From Marsupella aquatica (taxonomy: Eukaryota; Plantae; Marchantiophyta), in the NCBI GenBank assembly GCA_973895155.1, contig OZ316897.1:4977976-5041975 (forward strand): a stretch of 64,000 nucleotides of DNA, given 5' to 3'. Positions within the stretch are counted from its first letter, which is position 1; each line of letters opens with the position of its first letter. The position numbers were made by a program, and so were the translations under genes. Shown here in pieces: positions 50,470-64,000 of this stretch. The notes below the pieces were generated by a model that did no database searches, was not told the origin of the DNA, and saw only the letters and a program-made list of their open reading frames with translations.

Positions 50470-53400
50470 TCACGTGGGGAGTAAATTGCCGGAGTACGTC
50501 GCAAGCTCCAAAGATCCGTTGGGGTAGATCTGATTGACTAGGAAGGGCCCTAACCAACGGGTATGAAGCTTCCCTGGAAACTGCATGTACCTACTATCGT
50601 ACAGAAGGACCAGATCGCCTGTCACGACATCAACCTTCCGTAGTCCTTTGTCGTGCTGCTTCTTAGAAGTTGCTTGCTGGTGTATGGCATGTCGAGATGC
50701 TAGTAGCCGTGCCTCTTCTAAGGCTTCAATCTGATAAACTCGGTCTGACAAACTTTCAGGTTCGGGCAAGCGATCCCGAATACTGACCCGTGGAGTGTGT
50801 ACTTCAAACTCGACGGGCACCAACGAATGTTGGCCGAACACAAGAAAGTACGGGCTGTGACTCGTAGTAGTTTTGTAAGCTAGATTATACGAGTACACCA
50901 CTGCGTACAACTTATCATCCCAATCCGTTTTGTGCGCAGCTACAGTTTTGTTGAGGATCTTCCCAATGATACCATTGGCTCTCTCTGCCATCCCGTTGGC
51001 TTTAGGATGATATGGGGTAGTCTTGCGGTGCTTGACTAGGTAACGCTCTGTAAGCTGGGCTACAGTGTCATTGAGGAAGTGTGTTCCACGGTCGCTTACC
51101 AACTCTAAGGGCGGTCCAAACTGGGTGAAAATCTGTTCATATAAGAACCTGGCGCTGGTTGCAGCGTCGTCCTTCACCGTAGCCCGCGCTTCGACCCACT
51201 TGGTGGAGTAATCTATAGCTAGCAGGATGTACCTGCATCTTTGCCTTCGGGTAACGGGAGTGAACAGCCTGATGTAATCAATACCCCACTTTTTGAAAGG
51301 TGCTAAGGGAAGCACGGATGTGAGAGGGTGATGATGAGCTCGTCTCGGGGCCCCAGCCCGTTGACACAGGTCACAGCCCTTGATGAAGCGTTGTACATCC
51401 CGATGCAACGTAGGCCACCAATACCCCGAGTCCAGAATCTTTCGGGCTGTCGTGATAGCCGCGAAATGGCCTCCAGCTTCTTCTTCATTCAAGGCCTGCA
51501 TCACGATAAGTGTTTCCTTATACTCTAAGCAGCGTCGTAATTTCCCATTAACTCCTTCCTTATGTAGGTGGCCCTGTATCATGACATAAGGCCCGGCTTT
51601 CCTTAAAAACACAGCGGCGGCTTCCTGATTGATGCCGTCAGGGATGCGGCCCGTTAAGAGGAAGGTGATTATTGAACCGTACCACATTGGCGTCCCCGCC
51701 CCTACGTGGAACAATTCCTCATCCGGAAAAATATCATTAATTGGCTGATCAATTGGTACGCCGTCCAGCCTTGAAAAGAAATCGGCATTGAGGTGTACCT
51801 TTCCTGGCCGAACCCAAACTTCATAGTTAAATTCCTAGAGAAGTAGCACCCACCGGGCTATCCGTCCCATCACGTCCGCTTTGTTGACCATGTACTTCAG
51901 GCTATCATGATCCGTGTGGAATATGACCTTGTAGCCGAGCAGATAGTGTCGGAACTTTTTACACGTGTAGATTATTCACAGAGCTTCTCGATCAGTGGGG
52001 GAATAATTCTTTTTGGCTGTGAATAATTGACGGCTAGCGAAGTAGATGGGGTGGTCGCGTCCGTCCTCATCAAGCTGACTGAGCACGGATCCAATACAAA
52101 ACCCTAACACATTGACATACACGTGGAACTCCTTATTCCAATCTGGAGTGACCATGATAGGTGCGGTGGTGAGTCGTTTACGGAGTTCTTCGAAAGCAAT
52201 CCGTCTTCGGGGTGTCTCCTCGATCACCGCGTCCTTCTTCATCATCTCAGTTAAGGGCAATGCAATTTTAGCAAAGTCTTTAATGAACCAACGGTAATAC
52301 CCTACACAGCCCAAGAAGGATCGTACCGCTTTTTGATCCACGGGGAACACCACCGCCATCCAGGCCGCGACCTTCTCTTGGTCCACCTCGATACCCCGTT
52401 TGGACACATGATGCCCGAGTAACACTCCCTCCTCTACCCCAAAAAAGCATTTGGCGGGATGTAGTTTGAGGTTAACCTCTCGGCATCGTTGCAATGTACG
52501 TCTTAGGTGTTCGGGGTGCATGGCAACGGTTCCAAAGATGGCAAAGTCGTCGATAAATATCTCTAGAAATTCTCGTAGGAAATCGTGGAAGATATTCATC
52601 ATGAGTCGCTGAAACATGGTCGGAGCGTTACACAGTCCGAACGGCATTCTTCGAAATGCGAAAGTCCCCCATTCTATAGTGAACGTTGTTTTGAGCTGAT
52701 CCGAGAGGGGAATCCAGATTTGGTTATAAACCAAATACCCGTCAAGGAATGTATAAATTTCATTTTGGGCTACCATATCTAGAACCATATCCATGAATGG
52801 TAACGGGTAATGGTCTTTTCGGGTCGCGTCGTTCAACTTACGATAGCCCTGACAGATCCAGATCTTAGGTTTTCCGTCCGTACCTCCCTTTTTTGGTACA
52901 ATGACAATGGGAGAGACCCAGTCGCTGGCCATTACCGGGTAGATGATATCTGCGGCGAGGAGACGATCAATTTCCTCCTTCACTAAGATGGAGTACCTCG
53001 GGTTCATGCGACATTGTCACTGCCGTACTGCATTGGGCCCCAAATTCAAATTGATTGTGTGTTCTCCTAACTCGGGGGAGACTCCAGTTAAATCGTGATG
53101 GCTCCATGCAAACACATCTTCATATTCCTTGAGCAAAGCTTGGATAGATTTTTCTGCCTCCCCAGTCAGAGCGTGGGCCAGGTTAAAAGACTTATCCATC
53201 CCAATGGTGTACTTCCGGTAGTGCTCCTTCCTGATGACTTCAACCTGGTTCCGCAAGCTTGGGTCCAGGCTCGCATCGAGTTCAGCTAACCGAACTCCTC
53301 CGTACATGGGTGGAACCGGGATTGGTTTCGGGATTGGAGTCACTTCCTCCAATTGTAGGATGGACGGATCCCAGGAAACTCGTTTCTTATGTCTTGGTCT

Positions 53401-55988
53401 CAGGTTTTTGGCATTGGGCGGTTGTTTGGCCGGTTTGTGGTCACGAGGCTCTGCACTGGTAGAAGCAACATCGGCGCCCTGCTTAGCTGGAGCCGTGTCC
53501 TCCGTATTGATCGGTTGTTTTTGCGTTTCCTCATCCCGGGCGGTGGAGGTGCTCGGGGTGGACTCAACCGCAAAATACGTGGATACCTCCCCGTTTGCTA
53601 ATCTGATAGCTTGGGCCGTGGGTTGATACGTGAGGTATCCTAACTTGACTGATGTTTCTTCAGTCATGATGTTGATGCCCGCTCCTCCGTCCACGAGAAC
53701 CATCTTGATGGTACAATTATTAATTTCAATCGAGATGTCCGGCGCTCCCAGGTCCTCGCATATCATGTTGCAATCCGCGATCCCAACACGGGGTAGTCGC
53801 CTCCGTCGTCGACCCATAAGCAACTCCCTCACTTGCCGTCGGTACTGTGGATTGTTTTGTAGCAGTTGTCTTACTGTTGCTGTAACCGGGCAACTCTTCA
53901 CGTCTTCCTTAATATCATAGTCCTCCTTCTTTTCTTCCTTCGGCTGTTGCTTAACTTCCTCCTGCTTTTCTTGCTTTTCTTGCTCCTGTCGTCGGGCGGC
54001 TTCAGCTGCTTTGATGTCCTTATCGATTGCCTTCTGGTATTCCCGAGCTTCGTAGGCCTCCAACTGTTTCTTTACCATTTCTTTGATGCGGGGGAAAAAT
54101 AGCTTCGGGTCGTCCCTACGGTAGTCATCATCTTTCTCTGGGGGTATGTCTATCGCTGGCTGCACCGGAGTAGTATCTTGCTTTTTCTTGCATTTCTCCT
54201 CCTGCTTCTCTTCCTTCCGTTTGGCTCTTGTTGACACTCGGTAGCACTCAGCCTTGTCAGATGGATTAGGGTGCTCCGCCACATCCACCAGATTCACCCA
54301 CTCGAGGTTGTCATCTTGCCATTCCACAGCAATCATTTGGACGACTGCATCGCTCGTGGCCGGTCCGCCCTGAGCTGGTCTTGCTCCATTTGTTCGAGCG
54401 GCTATTACCAATGGACAATTGGCCGTGGAATGAGCTTCCATTTTGCAGACTTGACATAGTGGCATGCCACGGCCATCCCCCTGGCGTCTTGGTTCTGTGC
54501 ATTCCCTCGCAAAGTGGCTTGGCTTCTCACAGTTGTAACAAACCAGGGATTGCCAAATCCCTGGTTTAGGGGGAATGCTAGGATTACTGATAACTTGGAA
54601 AATTTGGCCATTGTTTGGGTAGGGGTATGTAGTTCTACCTGCTAAGTTACGCGGACCCACCGTTGAAATCTGATACACCGAATCAGGAGGGTCTTCAAAG
54701 AAATACTCTGTGGACTCCGCTTCAGGTCCCGGGTTGTCGACATCATCTAATTCCACCTAGAGAACTCGGTTCTTCCATCTTGGGCATTCTTGCACGACAT
54801 GCCCGGATTGGAAGCACTTTGAACACCACGCATGGGCTCGGATCTCAGATGGCTTCTTCTTCTCCATCGGCTTTTCCGCGAGATGTACTGACAGTGCTTT
54901 GAGGCGATCCGTGATTTCGTTAAGCTTGTCTGCTTCGGCAGCCTTTGGATCGGGTATCGTTCTTCGAGCATGGGGTTTGATTTTCCCCTCCTTCTTAACC
55001 CTCCTTTTCTTCTTCTTGCTCCGGCTCTTGCTCTCCGAATCACTTCCCGATGAGCTGGTGGTGGAGGACCCGCTGTTCGAAGTTGAATCTGAACTAGATT
55101 TTGTCTCCGAACTGGACAAGGTCGAACGATGTTTCTTCTTCTTCTTGCGTTTCTTCTTCTCGTCGTCTGATTCGGAGTCACTGTCACTAAACCCTAAACC
55201 CTTCTTGCGGCATGCCCGCTGGCTTCACCGGGAGTTATAGGTGGACTCCCGGTAGGTTTTGGCGCACACTATGGCTGCTTGCATTGAAATTGGGTTATTC
55301 TGGCGCACCCATAATTGCATATTCGTGGGCAAACCATGGAGGAACCACGTAAGCTGGAGTGCATCACCAGGCCTGGGCCGTATCTTGGCAGCAAGTTTCT
55401 GAAACTTCTGAATGAACTTTCACAGGGACTCTTTTTTCCCATGCGAAGCTGGCCGATCTTTAATAAAGAGCGCTGCTCGGATCCAATAGCACAAAATTCT
55501 TGCAGCAACGCAGCTTGGAATTGTGCCCATGTAGTACCGGGTGGCAGCGAGTTGTACGATGGATGAGCTTCTCCTCGCATCACTCCAGGGAGGACGGTTA
55601 GCTTAATGGCGTCTTCCCCGTTAGCCTTAGCAGTGGCTTCAAACTCATCCAACCATTCATCTGGATCATCCCCATGATGCCCTTTGAAAGGTCGATAATG
55701 AAACCGTGATCATTGCAATATTTTTGGAGGAGCTTGGGCAGCGCGGGCCATCGGCGGGGTGGCTGCCATAGGTACTGGTGGCGGTGGCGGTGGCGATGCT
55801 GGCGGTGGTGCAGCAGGAACTGGAGCAGGACTGGTTGGACCGGACCCCGAGGGTCCTGGTGGTATGTTCATTCGCCGAGGTGATTGCGAATCCTCCGATC
55901 TTGAAGAGTCGGAGCTTGCTGTGGTTGCATTCTCTCGTTCGCTAGTCAATCTCCTCAAGTAGGTTGCTTGAGAATGAGTGACGGGCAT
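50470..55988 (-). pseudogene. gypsy gag-pol: gag with three Zn knuckles, protease, RT, RNase H, integrase
   Basis: CSKCFQSGHVVQEC, CYNCEKPSHFAREC, CQVCKMEAHSTANC; LVDGGAGINIM; RKDHYPLPF, MPFGLCNAP, FIDD; PIYFASRQL; GHF..CDLCQR, WGIDY, SDRGTHF, ANGMAER and WLGPF. Confidence 0.93.
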
Positions 55989-57012
55989 TTACTCATATAC
56001 ACGCGATGGTTAGTAACTCACATGGGCTTGGTGTATTCTGCCCAGGTGCACCCGCACATGTCTCCCCTCTACTACACGTAGAGTGCCCCCTCCATCTAGC
56101 GCCAAAAACAAAGGCTATGTCACGTCATCAGCCTTGGCCTTACTCCGGGCTTCGGCTTAAATAGGCACATCCTTTGTCAAAATGAGGGTTCGGCAGGGAG
56201 GGAGGCACAGAATGCACCCAACTTACATAAAATAGCGCTAAGTACGCCTATCATCATATACGGACACCTCCTAGGTATGATTTGTGTTCCGCCGCCGGAA
56301 CATACCTCAATCAATAGCAGGATCGACCCTGGCTTAAGGGCTTCTAAGCCTTCATATTGTCCGCCTTCGATCCGGATTTTGGTGGTATGGGTGCTCAACC
56401 CGGGCTCGCAACCACGTACACGCAAGCTGCACCCCGTGCACTACTTGGGTAGTGCGTTCGGCCAAGCGTTGGCACCTATACACGAGATTCACACACATAT
56501 ATACGCACAAGCATAAAATCTCGATTTATATGAAGGAAATAACGGGAAGGGATTTTACTCCATAAGAGACATATGCGTACACTTAGTTGACCCGAATGCT
56601 CTGGAGTGAACAGGTTTGAGGCCGAGGGTGTACACTACAACGGAGCCCGGCTCCGCACTCACCCAGCGAGCTTAGTCTTACACCCTCCCCTTGGTACTCT
56701 TCCACTCCCAGAGGTCGGGACTCCCCGTACATACCGCGGATGTCCAATACTGAGACTAAAAACCCCCCCTACCTCTACCGAGGGGTGCACTAAATACTAA
56801 GGGTTGAGGAACGGAGTGTCCTCCCGCCCAAAGATTTGCTGACTTAGGTCCTAACTAATCTGACTGTCAGGCCGAAAAACGGCTATGTCTTATTAGAAGA
56901 TCCTAACCTACGCACGCTGGACAGCATGGCGGTGCTGCTCTAACTAGGGCAGGTTCCTGTCCCCATAGCCTGATTTAGCTATTACTAACCCTATTCTATT
57001 CCTACTCCGCCG

Positions 57013-58546
57013 CTAATGCCTGGCACGCTTGCCAGAGCCGCCCGAGTGGGAGCGGCCATCCCGTTGCTTACGAAGTCTGTCGTTGTCCGCCTTGAGGAGC
57101 TGGACCTGGTCCAGCAGAGATTCATTCTCTCGCTTCGCCGTGTCCGTCTCCTCCGCTGCCTCCTGGCATGCCTCCTCTAGCTGCTAGGCGTCGCTCGTCA
57201 GCTTGCCCGCCAGCTGGTCCTGCTTCTCGGCTTTGGTTTGGAGCCGCACCACTTTGGCCTGTAGCGTGGCTATCTCCGCAGTGTCCCGCTGGGCCCGTTC
57301 TTCGGCCTCCTCCAGGTCTTTCTGCCAGATGACAGTTTGATTCTTCAAATTGTCAATCTGGTTCCGGAGTCGTGCAATCTCGGCCTCATTCCCAGCTTTG
57401 GCCTGTTTGGCTAGGGCGGGTAAGGGCGTGCGCCTTCGCTAACAACTCATCGGCGGCTGCAACTTTGGGTCGTAGTTGCAGAAGCTTAGCCTCTTGAGCC
57501 GCAACTTCGTTCTTTAAGTATACGGACTCCACCCGGTACCGCTCTATCCTCTGAAGGGCCTCTGACTGGGCCCGACCTGCCTTTACTGCGGCAACCAACT
57601 CCTGATTGAAGAAACAGGCTACCTTCTGGGCCATGAACTCCCCGGTATCCCAGGAAATTTGATGAGAAAAATCTCCCAAAAGCCTGTTCAGAAATGTACC
57701 CGGTACGAAGAGTTTCGGGTGGTACAGGTTGTGCCTGTCCAGAGTTGGGCACGGGCAGACGTCAACACGCGTGGGGGCCGGGGCAGTGACATCCAGCCCT
57801 GGGGACGTAGTGTTGGAAGGGGTTGGAGTGTCCTCTTGTAGCAATGTCCGGTTCTCCGGAATAGCCACCGGTGGGTCTTTGGGAGACCCGGGCTTGAGTA
57901 AGGCCTCTGCTGTACCGACTTTTGTACTTGGCCCGGCCTGTTGGATCGCATCTACGGTTGCGATTACCGACCCATCCGGTACCTCCTTGGTCACGACTAC
58001 AGCTACTTGTGGAGGTGGGGTGGGTGAAGCCTGCGTGTCCGCTGGACTTCGGGCCTCAGGTTGGGGCCGTCTCTCCAAGGCCGGGAAAACCCACCTAGCT
58101 GGGACCAGCTTTGTAACGTTGACACGGGGAAGGGTTCATTGATCAAACCGAGCGTACCACTTGAGAATGATCTTGATGTGGCTAGCGAAATACGCCTTCC
58201 CGCCAATGTATAGCGTCTTTCTTCGCCGCTCTATCTCTTCATGGAATTTCTTAGCGAAGTACGACGCCCACTTCCTAGGTCGATAGTTCTCGACCTGGAT
58301 AACCTGGGCAGCGGAGATCTCCCCCCGGGGTTCCATCATGTGGAGGGCGTACCTTTGGAACTCCAGTCGCTCAGCTATCTCGGGGATGAGGCAGGTCCTC
58401 ATCACGAACCCGTTGTCCACTGCTCCCTCTGAGGGAAAACTCCAGGATTGGTACTTGGCTCCCTTGCCCCCGGGAGCCCGTGATTCGACTCGGTGGTCAC
58501 CTTCGGGTAACCGGAAGATCATCTTGAGCCATTCTTCCGTGAGGGA
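57013..58546 (-). pseudogene. LTR-internal ORF, 3' part, in the 5' LTR
   Basis: ORFs 58136-58522 and 57386-58078 match the other two copies. Confidence 0.8.
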
Positions 58547-58848
58547 TGTGACGCCGATGACATGGTCCTTATTCTATAATCTGAGTAACTAGGTTGCTGT
58601 ATGCAAGGAGTAGCTATTGATACCGCATAACAATTAGCAAGCTGGCAAGAATAAGGGTAATCATGGCGTTAAGAGTAGGGATAAAGGTATTTCAGCTTGA
58701 AGACTGCACAACCAAGGCAGACACAATTGAGGTAGTCACTATCAAGGCCACAAAGGAGAAGCTGGGGAAGAGAGGAGGAAGCGAGTCTCCATAACTGAAT
58801 ATGAAGTTGTGTGGTATGGTGATTGTTCTCATGATAAAATTTGAATGT
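58547..58848 (+). mobile_element. Start of another probable LTR inserted in the family A 5' LTR
   Basis: Family A homology stops abruptly at 58546 and new sequence starts TGTGACGCCG, an LTR-type terminus. It is itself interrupted at 58849. Confidence 0.5.
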
Positions 58849-61800
58849 TGTTATACCCTAACTAGGATTAGATATCTTAACCCGAGTTAAGATCTAACCA
58901 AGATCTAACTCAACTACCTCATGTATATATATTGGACACATGAATAAGATTCATTACATTGTTGGAGTATATGGTTTGCAACACGTTATCAGCACGAATG
59001 CAAATTTTTTTTCTTCACGAAGAGGTGCTAAACCATAAGGGGAGATCCGAAGAGTTTTTCCCAAAAGTTGAGCACTTTTGGCCACATTTGAGGGCCATTT
59101 CTTGATAGAAACCTTGAGTAGAACAATATGGGCTCCTGGTTTTGTCTATGGCTTGAGAACGATAGACCACCATCGAGAGATCTCGTGAGCCAGCGAGCAA
59201 AAGGCGAGAATTAAAAGGACACTGACATAATAGGAGAGGACCTGAGAGACAGAAGGAAAACAGAAACATGAAGGGCCAGCCGCAGCCTAATGCAAATGAA
59301 TTGAAACGAAAGGAAACAAGAGAGAAAGACAAAATTGAAGCAGACAAGAAGGAATGTCGTAATCAAAGAAACGAAGTAAAGAAAGCAAAGGAGGACAGGC
59401 CAACGCAGATCGAAACCTGATGTCACACAGACATTGACAGCAGAGCAGGAGAGACCGATCTGGGAGTAACCCCGAACACGGGAAATTGAAAAACAGATAA
59501 GAGAAATTGAGAAATCAATAGAAGGGAGCGCGAACCCGAAGGTAAAGCAAAGATCAGGACCTGGAGAGGAACGCAGAATAGCCTCAGCCATAAACAAGAG
59601 CTGGAACTCGTTGGAAGGGAAAAGAAGAAAATTGAGGCCCGGACCAGGATCCGATCGTAATTACTCAAAATCGAAACACACGAATCCCCAGATTCAGAAA
59701 CGCTATATTGAAGAAAACGAAAAGCAGCGATTCCCAATTCCCCCCACCGAAGAAGAAAGAATCCAACAATACCGGGACAAGACCTGAAGAAAAGTAGATA
59801 CCAAAAGAAAGCTGCAGGGAAGCAAGGGGACTCATAAGGACAGGAGCACAATCTGCACTCAGGCCCGAGCGAAACAAACAAGAAGGAAACACGGAACAGC
59901 AATCAAAAGGAAAATGGTGCCTTGAGCAATTGACCAGCAGAATAGCAGCAAACGATTCACGAATTACCCAGAGACGATAAGACGGCGTAAGAACGATCGA
60001 CCCCATTGAACCAGATTCAAATGGAGACCCATAAGAACGAAACTAGGAAGAATCAGAAAGAGAACCGGGAGACCGAGAAGACAAATATATCAAAGGAGGA
60101 GCTCCTCCCCGTGAGCAAACGAAGATGATCTGCCCGAGACCATAAGGACAAGTCTACCATCGAAGAAATACCACACAAAAACAGCTAAGTGCAAAACTCC
60201 ATTCCCAGTGATTACAAACCACAATAAGTGCACAATAGAAACTTATACCCACCCGACACCTCACGAGCCCATATTAGCCCCAAGATGGCAATGGAGAAAC
60301 TGTTATTCCCAGCACTAAGAATTGACGGGAAGAACTACAATGATTGGACAATAGACGTGGAGGTCAACCTCACGGCAAAGAGGATCCCAGAAACCATACA
60401 TACGGATATTGGGGTGGATCAATACCAGAAGGCACAAGCATTAGTCCTACTAAGACACCACTTAGTAGAACCATTAAAACAACAATACAAGACGATATAC
60501 AACCCAAGGCTCCTATGGAATGCATTGAAAGAGAGATTTGAACACATAACAACTATAAACTTACCAAACGCGCTACAAGCATGGGTAACCTTAAGAGTGC
60601 AAGATTTCAAAACGGTAGACTTATACAACAGCGAGATGTTCCGCATCTCGAACGAACTCCAAATGTGCGGTGAACCAATGAATGATAAACAACAAATCGA
60701 AAAGACACTAGCAACATTTCACCCTACAAACTTAGTAATCTCAAACCAGTATAGAAATATGGCATTCACTAAATACTCAGCATTAATAGCACACATGCTC
60801 TTGGCAGAACAAAACTCAATCCTACTCATGACAAATGCAAAGGATAGACCCCCGGGTACACTCCCCATACCTGCTACCACCGAGACGAACTTAATTATAA
60901 ACAAGAAACAAAAAGAAGCTAACATGACCACACCTTATGATAGAAATACAAGTAAATTCAGGGGGAGAGGCTCATATAGGGGAAGAGGAATGATGCGAGG
61001 ACGATCAAACTACTCCTACAGAGGAGGATCCAGCAGATTCAGCAACCGAGGAAGGGGCCGTGGAAGAAACAACTCCCAAGGAAGGAACACATGGTAACGA
61101 GGCCGCAACAACTACCAAGAGAAGCCAAGAAACAACTCAAACAGCTCAATCACATGCTTCAGGTGCGGTACAAAAGGTCACACCCAAAAGGTATGCCATG
61201 CCCCAGCCCATCTTGTGAAACTCTACAAGCAAAGTTTGGATGGATCAAAATATGAAACCCATGGAGTTTACCTTGAATCACCTGAGATTATACCAGAAAT
61301 TCATATGGTAGACCCCCCAATGGACCTAGAGGATATAGATGTATGCATCATAGACAGCGCAACATCACACACTATCCTCCGAGATAGAAAATATTTCCAC
61401 GAAATTATCCCCTCACAAAGGCAAATCATCACCATAACCGGAGAAAGCCAAATAGAAGAAGGCCACGGAAGAGCTACCTTAACTCTTCCGGGAGGCACTA
61501 TAATCAGATGCCCATCTGCCATATATGCCCCCAAAGCAAGAAGGAACCTTTTAAGTTTCCAAGATATTAGAGCCAACAACTACCATATCCAAACAAACAC
61601 CCAAAACTCATAAGAAGTATTGCAACTAACATCACACTCAGAAGGAGGGATAATCATTAGAGAAACCATCTCTCCCCACCCTTCAGGGTTCTACATCACC
61701 CAAAACCAAAGTTACAACCTAGGGGTAGAAACCAAAGATATCACCGAGACATGGCACATGAGATTGGGACACCCAGGAACCAGCATGTTCCATAGGATAG

Positions 61801-64000
61801 TCAACAACTCAACAGGAATACCAAAGACCTGTCACCCAAGGTCATTCCAAAAACCATGCATCGCCTGCTCCCAGGGCAAGATGATTACAGCCCCCTCCAT
61901 CCCAAAAACCAAAAACCATATCCCCGCATTCCTTGAGAGACTCCATGCGGACGTATGTGGACCAATAGACCCACCAAGTGGACCATTTCGATACTTCTTG
62001 GTAGTGATAGACGCCAGTTCTAAGTGGTCCAGAGTATCCTTATTATCAACCCGAAACCTAGTCTTCCCAAGAATCCTTACACACATCCTAAGACTAAGGT
62101 CACAATTCCCTGAAAATCCAATTAGAACCCTTAGAACCGATGGAGCTGGTGAATTCACTTCTAGAACCTTTGACGAATTTTGCACAATAAATGGCATTGA
62201 CTCCCAACATAATGTACCTCATGTCCACTTCCAGAATGGACTAGCGGAGTCACTTATTAAACGCATACAGCTGATTGCTAGACCACTATTAATGCAATCA
62301 TCACTCCCAACATCAGCATGGGGCCATGCAGTATTACATGTTGCAACCCTACTCCTTTATAGACCATCAGCCTTTAACAGCAACACACCTTATCACCTAG
62401 CTTTCGGGCAACCACCAAACATCTCACACCTAAGAATATTTGGATGCCAAGTCCTCGTCCCCATACTAGGTCCTAATAGAACCAAAATGGGACCACAATG
62501 GAGGAAAGGCATCTATGTAGGATTTGACTCAACATCTATCATACGATACATGGAACCTACAACCACTGACATATTCAAAGCCCGTTTTAGCGATTGCCAT
62601 TTCTATGAACACATTTTCCCAACCATTAACACGCAAGAAGGAAAACATAAGTCATACACCAAAACACTCACATGGCAAGCTTCCCCGGCACTTTGCCCAG
62701 ATCCTCGAACTAACCAAACTGAACTAGAAGTCAATAGGATACTTCAATTAACCAAGATCATGGAGCCCTTACCCGACTCATTTACTGATGCTACCAACGT
62801 AACTAAATCCCATATACCAGCGGCTAATACACCATCCCGCATACAAGATCAGAGACTATCCTCTGACACACACCCACAACTCAAAAGAGGTAGACCACTA
62901 GGGGCAGTTGACAAACAACCTAGAAACAAACGTAGACCACCTACACCAACCAACCATACTAGGCCACCACCCCAACCAGAGATAGCCATTAACTATAACT
63001 CCACTGGTCACATATTAGATAGAATGATGATCAACCCTGATCCCACATTTGCTCTTCATGTTGCAAATGATATTAACAACCTACCAGATCCCAAATCAGT
63101 GACCGAAGCACAAAAACAAATAGATTGGAGCAAATGGCAAAAGGCCATGAACTCCGAATTAGACTCCTTGATATCTAGAAAAGTCTTTGGACCTATAATA
63201 GTAGCTTCCCCAGACCAACACCTCACGGGATATAGGATGACATTTGTTAAAAAGCGAAACTCACATGGAGAAATAGTAAGATATAAAGCTAGGCTGGTTG
63301 CTAAAGGCTACACACAAGTTTATGGAACTGACTATGACCTGACATACTCACCGGTCATGGACGTCACCACATACCGCTATTTGATAGCATTTGCCATAAA
63401 CAACAACCTGTTAATGCACCAAATGGACGTTGTTACTGCTTACCTTTATGGTAAACTGGACAACGTGATTTATATGGAAGCCCTGCCTGAACTCATTGAG
63501 AGAGTAAACTTCCATGCAAATTCAAAACATAATCCACATATGCACAATGATAAAAGTGCAAAATCATTTGACTATATGAACAAATTGGTACTCCACAATG
63601 CTTCTAAAGCAATTGCATTAAAAGAACCTAGAAAGGACCATAAGGCAACCGGAGCAAAGACTCGGTATGCAGTTCAAGTCCTTAGTTCCATTTATGGACT
63701 CAAACAGAGTGGACGTACATGGTACCAAAGATTTAAAAATCAAATGATATCCATGGGATATAAGAATTCCGAAATAGCTCCTTGCTTATTTATAAAGCAT
63801 GAAGGACCTGAATTCATAATCATCGCTATATATGTTGATGACCTCAACCTCCTTGGTACGAAAAAGATGATGAATGAGTCAATGCAAACGCTAAAAAGCG
63901 TATTTGAAATGAGAGACATGGGCAGAACTTCTTATTGCATTGGACTACAATTTGAACATTTGGAGAAAGGCATTCTTTTACACCAAACTACTTACACAAA
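58849..64000 (+). mobile_element. Second Bianca-like Ty1/copia element: 5' LTR 58849-58983, long leader, gag-pol running off the window
   Basis: TGTTAT...CAACA LTR followed by PBS CGTTATCAGCACG. The gag-pol is homologous to the first copia. Confidence 0.9.
60287..64000 (+). pseudogene. Copia gag-pol with stops at 61095 and 61611
   Basis: FPALRIDGKNYNDW, CFRCGTKGHTQKVC, CIIDSATSH, WHMRLGHPG, LHADVCGP, KARLVAKGY, YGLKQSGR and IYVDD. Confidence 0.9.

Larger units (their letters stand above)
46510..58546 (-). mobile_element. Ty3/gypsy family A (non-chromovirus, Athila/Phygy-like): 3' LTR 46510-50376, internal region 50377-56117, 5' LTR 56118 to >58546 (interrupted)
   Basis: Direct repeats start TGTCACGTCATCAGCC at 46510 and 56118. 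Order gag-PR-RT-RH-INT on the minus strand. PBS-like TGGCGCTAGATGG at 56092-56104. No chromodomain. Confidence 0.93.

Noticed and set aside
59015-60006. Hydrophobic minus-strand ORFs as env-like membrane proteins
   Set aside because: They are overlapping F/L/S-rich frames, an artefact of the purine-rich plus strand.

Overview
Eukaryotic land-plant genomic DNA, probably a bryophyte or liverwort (inferred from the TE lineages and intron style). A small gene island at ~7-17 kb holds a two-exon BRAWNIN/UQCC6-like microprotein gene, an MBD-domain gene and an intact 6-exon RabB1/Rab2 gene. It is flanked by decayed transposons. Left side: an L1-type LINE interrupted by a Ty3/gypsy element (with a 5S-rRNA-like fragment in its LTR/leader) and by a 1.49-kb element with AGT...ACT ends. 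Right side (20-64 kb): a deeply nested TE cluster with three copies of a Mutator-like (MULE) GCM-DDE-SWIM transposase family, related MITEs with 8-bp TSDs, a Helitron fragment, two Ty3/gypsy families and two Bianca-type Ty1/copia elements. The most notable signal is in the large MULE. Divergently from its transposase it carries an intron-containing ParB/Srx-like gene (FYVFDGNHR motif). Its introns, intergenic spacer and derived MITEs carry ~19 copies of a 15-bp palindrome, TAGCGCCWGGCGCTA. This is a candidate transposon-encoded ParB/parS-like or VANC-like sequence-specific system. Second, one gypsy family has 3.6-3.9 kb LTRs that themselves contain a ~870-codon ORF. All family assignments are from motif recognition; no database search was run.
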